DNA of 64,000 nucleotides from Camelus ferus (lineage: Eukaryota), in the NCBI RefSeq assembly GCF_009834535.1, contig NC_045697.1:90832001-90896000 (forward strand). Direction: 5' to 3'. Positions 25,335-38,363 of this stretch are shown here, in pieces (the stretch's first letter is position 1; each line of letters opens with the position of its first letter). The position numbers and the translations under genes are program-made. The notes beneath the pieces are model-generated. The model saw nothing but the letters and a program-made list of their open reading frames with translations, was not told the origin of the DNA and did no database searches.

Positions 25335-27237
25335 GTAATTGTTTCTGGCCAACATCTTTCTGTTGATACTATGTTCTGATTGCATGTTGCTGCTTATGTT
25401 TTCCTAAACTTGAGGCTTTATTTTATGCAGTTTTGAATATAAATAAATTATATGTAAATTGAAAAATTCCTAGAAATATATCTTATAGTCACAACTTGAG
25501 AAATTATTTTATCAAGATGACAGTCAATAAATAATGCCAATAAAAATATTAGGACTCACTGATTAAAACTTTTGCTTTTTTCAAGGTGAAAAATAATAAG
25601 AAAGCTCTTCCTCATAAGAAGGAATAAAAACTGAAGCTATGGACAGGCTTAGTTTATATGCTCATTCCTTACCTGGCTATAATCACCCCAGCAATATAAG
25701 CAGAGCTTCAGAGAGGAGTTACTTTTGTATCCCTTTCTGTCCTTCTCACCTTAGTCTGTGGTGCATGTTCTGTGGTAGTGGAATTGGTTGTTGATAAGTA
25801 TAGAAGATTAAAGTGGCTGATTGCCTCTCCTTGTCCAATCATTACTGTGTTGCCAAGAGTGCTATTAGAAGCCTTGTTCCAATTTTTATCTTTTTGTATT
25901 TCACCTCACATCCTGGTACCTATCCTGGTTGTTAAGGTAAAACGTGAGACTACCAGAGTAGTCTACTGGCTATCTGTATTCCTTTTATACAAATTTTAAT
26001 GGTTACAGATAGGGATTAAAAAGAATCTTTATCTGCTGTTAAGTTGATCAGAAAACCCTTGAAAGTTAAATAATTTGTTTTGGGGATAGAATATTGGTGT
26101 GTGTGGGGGGGAATTGTATAACTATAATAATGCCAAATAGGAAAGAAATCTTGGTCAGAAAAAGTTACTGTTCTAGAAAGAAAAGCCACCCGCCTTGTGG
26201 TTGAACATGTCTGTCCATGAAGCTTCATAGCATCAAGAAGTGTGTTTTCCTTCTTGACTCTTCATTTCTTTTCTTCTTGAAATTTCCATCACTTTTTTCC
26301 TCTTTGATCACTGCCTTTTTAGAGACTGTCAGGATATGGTAGCTTGTCAGTGACTTGGAGCCTGAGCAGTGCTGTCCTACTGGTATGGGAAAGGAAGTGT
26401 GTTTTTATAAAATTTCTTCGTTGAAAGTCTTTTTTTGTGTAAGCATTTTTACTTTATTTATGATACTTAGATTCTGTAAGTGACATCGAACTTAAATCCT
26501 TTGGGCAACAGGAAAAATAGAAAATAAACTAACAATAGTTTAAAATTGTACTCCCTCCGTTCCGTATCCATCTGCCCTACTTTGTTCTTTACCATCTACC
26601 ATTCTGTGTATTGCACTCATTTATTTTCTGTTTTGATCACTTGGAGGTAAGATATTTGAGGATACAGATTTTTGTCTTATTTTGTATACTACTGTATCTC
26701 CATTGCTAGGACAGTTTCTGGAACAAAGTAGTGCTCAGTTTATATTTGTTAAAATGGATAAATGAATTATGGATTAAACATTATGAACTAACCAAAGGAA
26801 CCTAACCTCTGTGTATAATACTAGTTCTGTGGTAAAATGTTTTCAAGGTTCCCAGTAATAAACTTTCAGGCCACCTTAAGAAATACATGCTGTTTGTAGG
26901 TGATTAAAGCAGATAATCACAAGGCACAAACCTATGGCCCAGCCAAAGTTGGGGATTCCAACAGGAGTCCTTTCCCATTAAATTGGTACTTAAGGAAATA
27001 TACCCTTAGTGAAAGAGAATTTAACTTGCTTTCTCACCTACTCCTCTTAAGAGGCTACAAAACACGTTTCCTTAGTTGTGCTGAGCAGAATAAGGAGAAA
27101 AAAAAACTGGCTTAGAAGTTGTAATTGTGCAACCCAGCTTCACACTATCTGGGGTGACTAGAGTAACCACTAGTCATAAATGTTAAGTGATTGTGGCCTG
27201 TTAATTTCCCAGAAAGTAACAGAAGCAAATCTAGCTT

Positions 27238-27265
27238 TGTGTGTGTGTGTGTGTGTGTGTGTGTG
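27238..27265. repeat. (TG)14 microsatellite
   Basis: Direct reading. Confidence 0.95.
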
Positions 27266-27389
27266 AAGACATTGACTTTCATTCTAGACCTCAGAGAATT
27301 TACTCAAATTGTTTTATAAGGAAAGTGAGCAGCTCTCAAAAGTTAATAATCAAACAAGGAAATAAAGTACCACATGTGAGAATAAGCAG

Positions 27390-30330
27390 AAGTAACAGAG
27401 AGGAAAACCTTACCCTCAAAAAATTTAGATAATGGGGTTATTAAACATAATATGGAGTAACAGTGCTTACTGTGTTTAAAGGAAAATATCTTCAGGGAAG
27501 AAGAAATTCTAGAAATCCTGAAATTAAAAACAGTGAAGGCTAAAATTAACTCAGTCAATTGAGGAGATTAACAACAGATTAGATACCATTAAAGAATCAG
27601 TGGAAGACAGTTTACAAGAAATCAACGCAGAGAGACAAAGAGTTAGACTATATAAAAGAGGTTATAGAATGTATTCTAGACAGTCTTTGCTATTGTTTGG
27701 TATATTTCGAATCAAGTTGTATAATTTAACTTCTAGTGGATTTTATTATAAATCTTTTTATTTTTGAGAAAAGTAAAAAGCAACTGGAATATAGGATGAC
27801 AAACATGGTCTAAGGTATATATTTGGCATTCTAGAAGGAAAGGAGAGGAAATTAGGCAGAGCCGGTATTTTAATAGCTCGGATCTTTTCTGAACTGTGGA
27901 GAGACAGTATCAACCTATACTTGTATGCCTTGCAAAAGTATATTTCAAGTAAGAGTGAAATATAATGAGAGAAATTGCAAGTAGCAGAACCTCATCAAAC
28001 GAATTTCCAAAATTGGAATAAAAGTGGTTCCAGATGCCAGAGATACAGAAAGCACTGAAGAGCAAAGCAAGTAATAAATAGGTGAATAATAGATCTAAAT
28101 AAATCTTAATGGCATGAAACAATAATTATGTCTAACAGATCTAATATAACATTAACACAAACTGGAAGAGAGCAATGAATGAATAGTGTTTAAAGGTACT
28201 TTTGTGTCTGGAAAGAAGATAATTAATTTTAGTTTTTAAGGTTTTTGTTTTGTAGTTTGAAGGATACCCATTTAAAAATAAAATTAGAAAGAATAACCTT
28301 GAAACTAGGAGAAAGAGAAGATGTGAAATAAGACAAGAAAAAAGGAAAAAGAGGCTTCCAGCATAAAAATAAGGTGATAGATTGAAACCCAAATATTAAA
28401 ATAGCAAAAATGAATAAATATTGTCAGAATTCGTATGTAAATGCAACCAGTTATGTTATTTATGTGTGACACATCAAAATACAAGGAAGCCAAAAGATTG
28501 AAAGTGAAAGATTGGAGAAATACATACCATAAAATAGTAACAAATCAAAATCAGTATATAGGTTCAGTGTAGTCCCTGTCAGTATCCCCACCAGCTTCTT
28601 TCCTTAAATTGACAAACTAATCTGAAATTCATATGAACATTCAAGGGACACAGACTAGCCAAAACAATCTTGAAAGAGAACAAAATTAAAGGATTCATAT
28701 ACAGTGTTAATGACTAGTATATATTAAGACAGGGTTGAGCCTACTATAAGGATAGACATACAGATCAGTGGAAGAGAATTGAAAGTCAGGAAATAAACCC
28801 ATGTGTCTGTGATCAACTGACTTCCAGCGAAGGAGCCTAAACCATTTAATAGAGGAAGAATAGTCTTTTCAACAAGTGCTATTAGGACAAGTAGATATCC
28901 ACATGCAAAACTCTTAACTCACCATACACAGAAATTAACTCAAGATATTTCACATCATATATCATCAGAGAAGTGCAAGTTAAAAGAACAGCGTATCACT
29001 ATACCTCTATTAGAATGGACAAAATCCAGAACACTAAATACTGGTGAGAATGTGGAGCATGGGGAATTCTCATTCATTGTTGGTAAGAATGCAAAATGAT
29101 ACAGCCACCTTGGAAGACAGTTTGGAAGTTTCTTATAAAACTAAACATACTCTTATCATACAATCTAGCAATCGCCCTCTGTGGTACTCACCCAAAGGAG
29201 CTGAAAACTTATGTCCACACAAAAACCTGTACTTGGATATTTATAGCAGTTTTATTCAGAATTTCTAAAATTTGGAAGCAATCAGGATGTCCTTCAGTAG
29301 GCAAACGGATAAATAAACTGTGGTATATCAAGACAATAGAATAATAGTGTTAAAAAGAAATGAGTGATCAAACAATGAAAAGATGTGGAGGAACCTTAAA
29401 TGCATATACATTAAGTGAAAAGATCCATCTGAAAAGGCTACATACTATATGATTCCAACTATTTGACATTCTGGAAAAGGAAAACGAAAGGAGATAATAA
29501 ATAAAAAAATTAGTGGTTTCTAGAGATGGCGGAGGGTGGGAGTTGGTGAATAGGCAGAGCAGAGAGGATTTTAGAGCAGTGAGAAGTATTTTGTATAACA
29601 CAATGATAGATATATGTCACTGAACATATCAAAACCCATGGGAAGTACAATACTAAGAGTGAAAGCTATGTAAACTATGGACTTTTGGTGATGATGATGT
29701 GTCATTGTAGGTTCATAGATTGTAACAAATGTAACACTTGGTGCAGGATGCTGATAGTGGGGAGGCTGTGGTGTTGGGGAAACTAGGTATCCACATACAA
29801 GGGAATGACAATGGATCCTTTAACACCATATGCCAAAAAAATTTAATAGATTATAAAGACTTCAGCCTAAAACCTAAAACTCCTAGAAGAAAATATAGGT
29901 GTGAAGTTTCATGACATTTGATTTGACAGTGATTTCTCAGATATGACACCAAAGGCACATGTATAAAAACAAATGGACAAGTTGGAATTCATGAAAATCA
30001 AAAACTTACATGTATTAATGGACACAAAACAGTGTGAAAAGGCAGCCTGCAAAATAGGGAAAAATATTTGCTTATCACAACCAATAAGCAGTTGATATTC
30101 TCAAATATATAAAAAAACAAACAGCTCAACAAAATAGTTGAAGTAAAAACTTGCTATGTAAATAGAAAATCCAAAAGTATCCTATGAATGAGTGATTAGA
30201 ATTCATAGTGCTTAATAAGTTTTTTAGGCGGTTTTAAAAATCCAGACAATGTATGCATAGCAGCAGTTAGTTGGAAATAGTAACTTACAAGATTTCATTT
30301 TCTGATAGTATAAAACAACCAGAAAAGATC
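27390..30330 (+). mobile_element. Cluster of old L1 fragments, including an L1MC-like ORF2 C-terminus/3' end (~28950-29780)
   Basis: ORF 29096-29344 (WKTVWKFLIKLNILLSYNLAIALCGTHPKELKTYVHTKTCT) is degenerate L1 ORF2; degraded ORF1-like A-rich sequence lies upstream. Confidence 0.8.
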
Positions 30331-30899
30331 TATACATTTCCTATAGCTGCCACAACAAATTACCACAATTTGGCAGCTATAAAGCAACACGATTTTATTA
30401 TTTAATTTTGTAGATCAGAAATCTGGGTGAGCTCAACCAGTTTCTCTGCTCTGAATCTACAAGACAATTTCAGGTGTTCCTCCTGGGGCTGTTACCTATA
30501 GGTTTTATGTGAGAAATCACTTCCAAGTTCATTCGGATTGTTTGCAGAATTTGGTTCTTTGTGGCTACATGTAGAGTTAAAGTCTTTCATTTCCATTTTG
30601 ATTGGGTGGAGCATCTCAGACTCCTTCAGACCACCTTGGTCAAATTGCACTGCCCAGTCTTTAAATCAGCAGCAGCTTGTGGAGCCCTACTTTGCATTTA
30701 TCTCCCTTCTGCTGCATCTCTTCTGCCTGTGGTTGGAGAAAGTTTTCTGCATAATTCACAGTAAACTCCCTATCTTAAGATCACTTATTAAAAAATCTCA
30801 GATATATCTGCAAGGTTCTTTTTGCCATGTATTGAACATAATTACATGTTACGGGGATTGGAATCTGGACATCTTTGAGGGGCCCTTCTGCCTACCAAA
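30330..30899 (-). mobile_element. MLT1-type (MaLR) solo LTR
   Basis: tttcctatagctgccacaacaaattaccaca...atcacttccaagttcattc...ggacatctttgagggg...tctgcctacca. Confidence 0.8.
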
Positions 30900-31866
30900 A
30901 GGTAGATCTTTAAAAAGATACACCAGACTTTTAAGGAGAGGGGTATAATAATTGAAAAACATTAGTGAAGACACAAATAGGGAGAAAAATACTGAGTTCA
31001 TGTTTGAAAAATCAATGTGGTAAAGAGGATGATTTTCCCCAAATTAATTCAAAACTCAATTAAATTTCAATAAATATTTCTACAGCTTTTTTTTTTTTTT
31101 AGGAATGTGATAAGCTGATTCTGAAAGTTGTATGGAAATGTAAGGGTCAAGAAACTCATCACACTCCTAGAAGCAAGGAGACTTGTTCTAGCAGATTAAA
31201 GGAATAATATAGACCATAGGAATAGAATGGAAAGTCCAGAAACAGTTGGATGTGCACTTGGTAAATGACAGGTGGGGTTGCATATCAAAGAGAAGATCTG
31301 ATTTTTAATACATAGTGCTGGAGTAGTTGTGTGGGAGAAAAAGTGAAGTTACAGACTTCTGACTTACAGTGTCATTCAGATCTATTCCAGTGAAGGGCAA
31401 AAGCATAAAGCTGTTAAGGGATGACAGTAAAAGGTCTTAATGCTTTCAGAGTAGGGAGAGGTTTCTTAAGTGGACACAAAAAGCACAATCTTAAAGGATA
31501 GATTGAAAAATTCACAAAGAATGTTTCATTAAAAATCAAAAAGTGCACACATTGCCCACAAAGTGAAGAAAAGATGGTTTCCATTCATGATTTGATAGGT
31601 ATTATAAAACAAATATATAAAGGAGTAAAATAAAAAATAACGCCAAAAGGTTCAGTAATTGAATGAATTAAAATCATGAAAAGGTGTTCAAAGTTATTAA
31701 TAAAGAAATACAAATTAAAATGTCAATGAAATATTTCATAAAATTCACACTAGCAAAGTTGAAACACCAGACTGAAATATTTGGGAGTATTTAGAGCAAG
31801 GTGGTAATAAAAAATGTAAAGCCATGCCCTATGCTTACCATCTCTACTCAGGAATATGCTCTTGAG

Positions 31867-32144
31867 TTGCATTGTTCAAATATAGTAGCCATTAACTACA
31901 TGTGGTTATTGAGCCTCAAAATGTGGCTAGTCCTGAGATGAGATGTGCTTTAAATGTACAATTTAAAGACTTAAGAAAAAATACTGTTAAATATTTCAGT
32001 GATTTTTAGTAAGTATTGCATATTGAGACAATAATTTGTTTGGCTAAGTAAAATGTTAAAATTTTATTTTTTTTAACCTTTTTATTGTAGCTACTGGAAA
32101 ATTTAAAACTGTGGTTTTCATTATGTTTTTATTGGACAGCACTG
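31867..32144 (+). mobile_element. MER33 (hAT-Charlie) nested in an old L1 3' end
   Basis: gtagccattaactacatgtggttattgagc...aaatgtggctagtcc...gagatgtgct...tattggacagcactg. Confidence 0.85.
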
Positions 32145-34664
32145 CCCTAAGGAATCTGAGAAGTATTCATCAGGAGCAATATATAACAGTATAGCAGAAT
32201 TATTCATTATATTCACAAATTGTAAATAACCAAAATGTTCATCAGCAATTGACTGGATATGTTGTGGGTATAGTAAATAATGTGATACTATATGGTAGTG
32301 AAAATGAGTGACAGATACACATATTTTTATTAACGGATCTAGAAAACAATGCTGAGTGTAAGAAGTTAGGTAAGGTTACATATACCATAAAGCTTAAAGA
32401 ACAGGTCAAATCAAACATGTATTTTTCAGAAATTACACATACATACATACACAGAAGGTAATATAAAGAAATAGCCAGGAATAATTCTCACGTAAGACAG
32501 GATTTGGGTTGTTTTCTGTGGGAAGGGAGTATAATACAGAGGGGTTCCAATATAGTAACAGTGCTGTGTTTCTAGTAGTTGTTATATGAGTGTTTTCTAA
32601 ACAAATTGCACATGCATATTTAACACGTTTTCCTGTCCACTATATTTTATGACAATGTTAAGAACCTGCTAGCATGAATAGGGTTGTGTAGAACAAGAAG
32701 AGGCAAGCCAAAGCTGACTTGCTCAGTTTTCGGAGCTTCAGGTTTATTGTTCTTGGGCTAAAATCGAGGTTAGGTTGAGTCTGTCTTTGTTTTTTGTATA
32801 TAGCTATTTGTCTTCCTATCCAGTGGTCTGCTAGGGGTTGTGTTGTAAACCTGTACAATATTGACAGCTTTATTGACAGAGGATATACAGGTAGGACTTT
32901 CGTCCAAGAGATGTGCTGCTGGCTGTCTGTATCTTGTCACTCATATTGCTGGCTGGCCTCTGAACTTGGGAGGCTCAAGAATTGCCCAGTTTACTATCTC
33001 TAATGAACCTCTCCCTAACTAGAAATTTTTAGTTTGAATCTGCACAACAAAGGAGAGAAACCATTTCAATCAGTTCCTCAGTCAGTGTACCCTCTGAAAG
33101 TTGTTTATGTGGAAAGCTAAATATATTCATGCCTTTGTTCCCAGCATTTCAGGAAGAACCTTCAAATTAGAAGCTTCTGAATCACATTGGTCAGTCAGTT
33201 AACGTCATCTTTAGGCTCATAGCATTTGCTGTTGTGCAGTATGTCAGCTTTGTCTGGTACTTGGAATATTATGTGAAGCTGTCACTGGTGGTCTAAGCAT
33301 CAGTTCCGAGAGTTCTCCTTGGCTTCACTGACTTCGTATTGTGTGACAGAACATACCCAGTTGCTAGATGATTAAGGCCTATTCCTGACAAGGAGTCAAC
33401 CTATGCAAATTCCTTTGAGTGCAATTCTGGACCAAAAAGTAGCTTCTCTGAACCTCAAATAGGGATCATTCTTGTCCTTCTCTACCTCAGTGGTTTGTGA
33501 AAACTTTTGAAAACTGTAAAAGACTGGGTGTTTATAAGAAAGAACAAAGGCCATGTGATTGTGTGGGACCAGGAATGATGAATGATACAAATGGAGGGGA
33601 GACCAGGATTTTAAAGAAAATACAGAAGCTTCAGGCTTTACTCTAGAAATTGTGACAGCACAGTGCTGTCTGTGGAGTTCTTCCCCAGGCACGACAGTGT
33701 CAGACATTTCCATCATTAGTCCTTTTGTGTTGTGAATTTTAAAATGCAAAGCTCTATAATTCTTCTTCTTAACACTTTTTTCTGAAAGACTTCCTCAGAT
33801 TGCTTTCCTCTCACAGGCAACATGAGGCCCCACATCAGCTTAAGTCATTCTCCCTTCAGAAGTGGTTTTGACTTGATTTCTCCCTGAGGAAGAGACTAGT
33901 GAATCAGGAAACCTAATTTCAGGTTTTACCTCACTATTTTAATTCCAGCCAAAATCTCTTGCACAAATCAGTTCCTTATGTTAATACATTTACTTCAAAT
34001 ATGGTAGCATTATAATAAATTAACTCTCTGCCAGGGATTCATTCATCAACATATATTTGAGTGCCTGACTATGCTGGGAGCTGGGAGTATGGTAGTAGAC
34101 GTGATTATTGAAAATGCAATCTCCAAGTAATTCATAATGGTGATATTGGTGGGAGTAGGGTGGGTGGATGAGGATAATTAATCCAGAAAATCTAGACAAT
34201 AAATAACTACCATAATTGACCACTTGGATTTAGTTAAGAGCCTCTTTGTAAATTGGAAGGAATAAACTTGCTGAGTTATCGCAGTGGAACAGTTGGGGGA
34301 AAAGTCTGAAATGACAAATGGGAATATGAATGTAGAACATTAAAATATATGAATATTGAAATATGAATATAATACATTCAAATATATATGAGTAAAGTAT
34401 TTTATTTTATAATATAATATGAATAGTGAAGCTTGGTATAAGGTATTAGAGAAATGGCAGTACCTGAAGGGAGATAAGGAATCAAAGTTTGGGGATGTGT
34501 ATTTGTGTATTAATATATTTTTAAAGATTAGGATGTACTGGTACATTTTACATGGTTATAAGAATGGTCTAGTGGAAAGGGAGAGTTGAAGATATAGAAG
34601 GGAACAGAAAATGGAGCTAAGTTCTTGAGAATATGGGACTGGCTAGGATTCAGGGCATGTGGAT

Positions 34665-34856
34665 CAGGGTTTGTCAGCCTCAGTCCTTTTGACATTTTGA
34701 ACCAAATAATTCTTTTGTGCAACAAAGGATGGTTAGCATCATCCCTGGCCTCTACCCACTAGATGCCAGCAGCTCCTGACCACCCATGACAATTATTTTT
34801 TAATGTACCTTGAGGAGAGTTTTGTGGGTAAAATCACTGCTAGTTGAGAACAATTC
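34665..34856 (-). mobile_element. MER20 (internally deleted)
   Basis: cagggttt...ttgacattttg...agcatcatccctggcctctacccactagatgccagcag...gttgagaac. Confidence 0.8.
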
Positions 34857-36657
34857 ATATAGAGATTTTGTTCTTTCAAAGTGACCCTGTTCTTTACCCA
34901 GAGCAGGTAATAGAGATAGAAGATGGATGTGGATGGGTTTGTAAAATCTTCACATGATTTTATCTTTCTCAACGAAATGAGTCAGGTTATAGGGCTGGTG
35001 GAGGAGTCGAGAGTGATGAAGATAAAAAGTCATTTTTGTAAAATGGGAGATAAAAGTTCTTAGAAAAAGCAAAGATTCCTGATGAGCAGTGGGAGACAAC
35101 AGGCTGTTTCTTTTGGAGAATTTTACTTGAGAGGCTTTAGTCCAAAGAGACCAGATAGGAAATTGGAGGACAGTAATACCAAGATTATTATTGATTTATT
35201 TCTTAAAATGATGGTTAAGATCCTATCTAGATCTTACTTGGTCATGAGCGTTTGAAGCTGTTAACTTCTTAAAGCTTTTTGGCTTTCCCATTACAGCACA
35301 TTCTCTTGCTTTTTCCCCCCCTACTTCTGTTGCCATTCTTTTTCAGTTATATCTTGTTTGTTCCTTAAATGTCAGCGATTCCTAGACTTAAGACCTGTAT
35401 ATTCTTACTCTCACTGCTCTCCCTAAGTACTCTTTCTATTCAGAGCTTCATTCGCCACTGTATATTGTTTTCATCCCAACTCCCTGGTGTTTAGGCTAGA
35501 TTTTGATCCTGAATGTCAGCTGCCTCCTGGAACATTTCATTATATTTGTCCTAGAGTTCTTTAAAAATCAGCATGCCCCGAACTGAATTCATTATTTCTC
35601 CATTCAAAACCTTCTTCTCTGGCTCCCTTCCCTTTTCAGACAAAACACAACTCCCTCGTTAGTCCATGATTCCTGTCTTAGTTATTAGTTCTCTGGCCCC
35701 TAAACATTGGCACAGATGTATCCCTCTTGTCTCACGTTAAGTCTTGTTTGTTATTGCTCTCATATTTCATGAATTCTTCTATATGTCCCCATTTCTACTT
35801 ATCCAGCCTCATCTCATTACTCTTCTCTCTGTACACTAGTATTTGGAGTTTCCCAAAGATACTCTTATCATCTCTGAGCTTTTGCTCATACTACCCCAAA
35901 GTCTTAAAATGCTCTTGCTCCATCATCTTTGCCACACAAACTCCTATTTGTATTTCAGAGTTGGTCAAGCATCACCTTTCTTTGAGCATCCTTTTTTGTT
36001 CCCCATTTCCTGCTCTTTCCACAGTTATGTATACCTTTATAGTAGCAGAATGCAAGTTAAGGAGCTTGATCAAAGATTCTGTTTGTGAGTATATGAATGA
36101 CTAGGTTCCTAGAGAACCCTCCTATGGAAAATAACTACAAATCTTAGATTGAATTATTGAAAAAATTATCTTAAAAATAAGGTTATGCTCATTCTACAGA
36201 TTGACTGAATGTGAGATCCAGAGAAAAGAAACTGAGTTCAGAAATAGGCATTTACTCAGGGCAATGAGCTAAATTATCAGTTTTGAAATTCACATCCTAA
36301 TGAACGTGTTATAAGAAACCCTGGGATCCACCCAAGCTAGGAAGTAAAATAGAAGACTGGAATACATCTTCAATGTAAGTGTGGACTAAAAATAAACTTA
36401 CAATTGATTTGAGGGGTGAAGAGAAGAAGCTACAAGAAAAATTGCATATCTGTGTCTTGGTTCTGAATGGAGGCGAGTGGGAAGTGCTCTGAGAAGCAAC
36501 CACTCAATGGTCAAACATTTATGGATTTGCAGTTCAAATTCATAATACATTTCAGTCTGAAAAGAGTTGGAACTTAGGAAAATAAAGTGGTCCTGGATTG
36601 TTAAAAATCAGGTTCCTGGCATAAGCAAACCTATATCCTCTTTAGAGAAACTTATTT

Positions 36658-36864
36658 CAGAGGTTGGCAAATTCTCCTGTACACAGCTAGATAGTAAATA
36701 TTTTCTACTTTGCAGTCTATTTAGGGTCTCTGTATCATGTTCTTTGTTTTACAATTTTTTTTTTTTTAATATAACCCTTTGTTGTAAAAGCTGTTTTTAG
36801 CTAGAGGGCTCTACAAAGAACAGGCTGCAGGCCAGATTTGGTCCATTGATTGTAGACTGACTTC
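36658..36864 (+). mobile_element. MER58-family (hAT-Charlie)
   Basis: cagaggttggcaaatt...agatagtaaatatttt...caggctgcaggccagatttggtcc. Confidence 0.75.
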
Positions 36865-38239
36865 ATTCTAAGCCTAAAAATATTCCCATAGCTATTTTCT
36901 AAGTAAGTAAGTTAAGCTTCCAGAGAAAAAAAAAAAGATTAAGCACTCAAGGAAATAAGATACCAAGTGCATTATTGTAGCAGAAATGACAGCAGAAAGA
37001 GACCCATAGATAACTTTGGATGCTGGAATTACCAAAACAATAACAGTCACAGAATATAAAATAAATGTTCACATGGTTCAGTTAATAAATGATGAGATTC
37101 AAAATATGTGAAGAGGAAAAGTAAAGAACAAAGCAGACTTGAAAATAACAGAACTCCTATGATAGTGAAAGTTGATTTAAAATTAAGAATTCAATGGTTT
37201 CATTTAACAGCATATAAGACAAAGATAATGAGACACTGAGGATTAGTGAATTGAAAGAGTTCAGCAGAAATTACCAAGAATAAAGCACAGAGTGAAAGGG
37301 AAGGTATGAAAGAGGTCCAGGGAATGGGGTTAGAATGTACGGATCTAATTATAGTTCCAGAAAGAGCAAGTAAAGAATGGGGCAGAGGCAATATATGAAG
37401 AGATAGGGCTAGAAATTTTCTAAAACTCATGAAATAATCAGTTTAATAAATTGAGTTTATTTCAGGAATGTAAGGCTTGAATTTTGGAAATATTAGGAAA
37501 CCAACTTGCCATATTTAGAGGTTAGAAGAGAAAAATATAAACTTAATGGATGTAGCAATAGCATTTGATAAACTAATACATGATTTAGAAAAAAGAATTT
37601 GCAAAACAGATATGAATTTCTATAATGTGAATAAAAAATATCTGCAAAGGAACCAGCATTTAGCATCATGCATAATAGTAAAAATTTGAAAGCATTTATT
37701 TATGGAAAGAATAAGATGAAGTTAAAAATTATTTGGAAAATCCTGGGAATTAAAAAATAAATTATTAGAATTATTATCAGACTGTAGCAAGGTTGCTTGA
37801 TACAAAAGTCAGTGTGTAAAAATCTTTTTGAATTTCTTCCAGCAGCCAACAAAATGAAACTTCAAAAAAGGCTACTATTTATAATAGCATCAAGAAGTAT
37901 GAAGGAACTAGGACTCAGTCATAACAAAAAATGTACAGGTCCTTGGGAGAACATTATAAACTTTATTAAAAAGATATTAAGAGATCTAAATAAATAGATA
38001 ATTTGTAGGTTGCAAGAGTTAATATTAGAAAGACAATCCTCAACATTTTGATCTAGAAATTTATTGCAGTTCCTAACGTTTTTTTTTCCCCTCCCTCTCT
38101 CTCTATTGGAAGAGCTGATTGCAAAATCTATATGTAAGTGTAAAAAACTAACAGTAGCAAAGACTCTTAAAAAGCACAGAGTTGGCTTTCCCTACCAGAT
38201 GTCAAGACTTTTTACAAAATTAATAATAAAAAATACTTA

Positions 38240-38363
38240 TTTTTTTGTTTTGGGGGGAGATAATTAGGCTTATTTATTTATTTTTAATTGAGGTACTGGG
38301 GATTGAACCCAGGACCCCATACATGCTAAGCAACACTCTACCATTGAGCTATACCCACCCCCC
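38240..38363 (-). mobile_element. tRNA-derived SINE (camelid vic-1-like)
   Basis: Reverse complement GGGGGGTGGGTATAGCTCAATGGTAGAG...GGTCCTGGGTTCAATCCCCAGTACCTC has Pol III A and B boxes, then an (AAAT)n/A-rich tail. Confidence 0.85.

Noticed and set aside
38290..38363. tRNA gene
   Set aside because: It has A and B boxes but a degenerate cloverleaf and an AT-rich SINE tail, so it is a tRNA-derived SINE.
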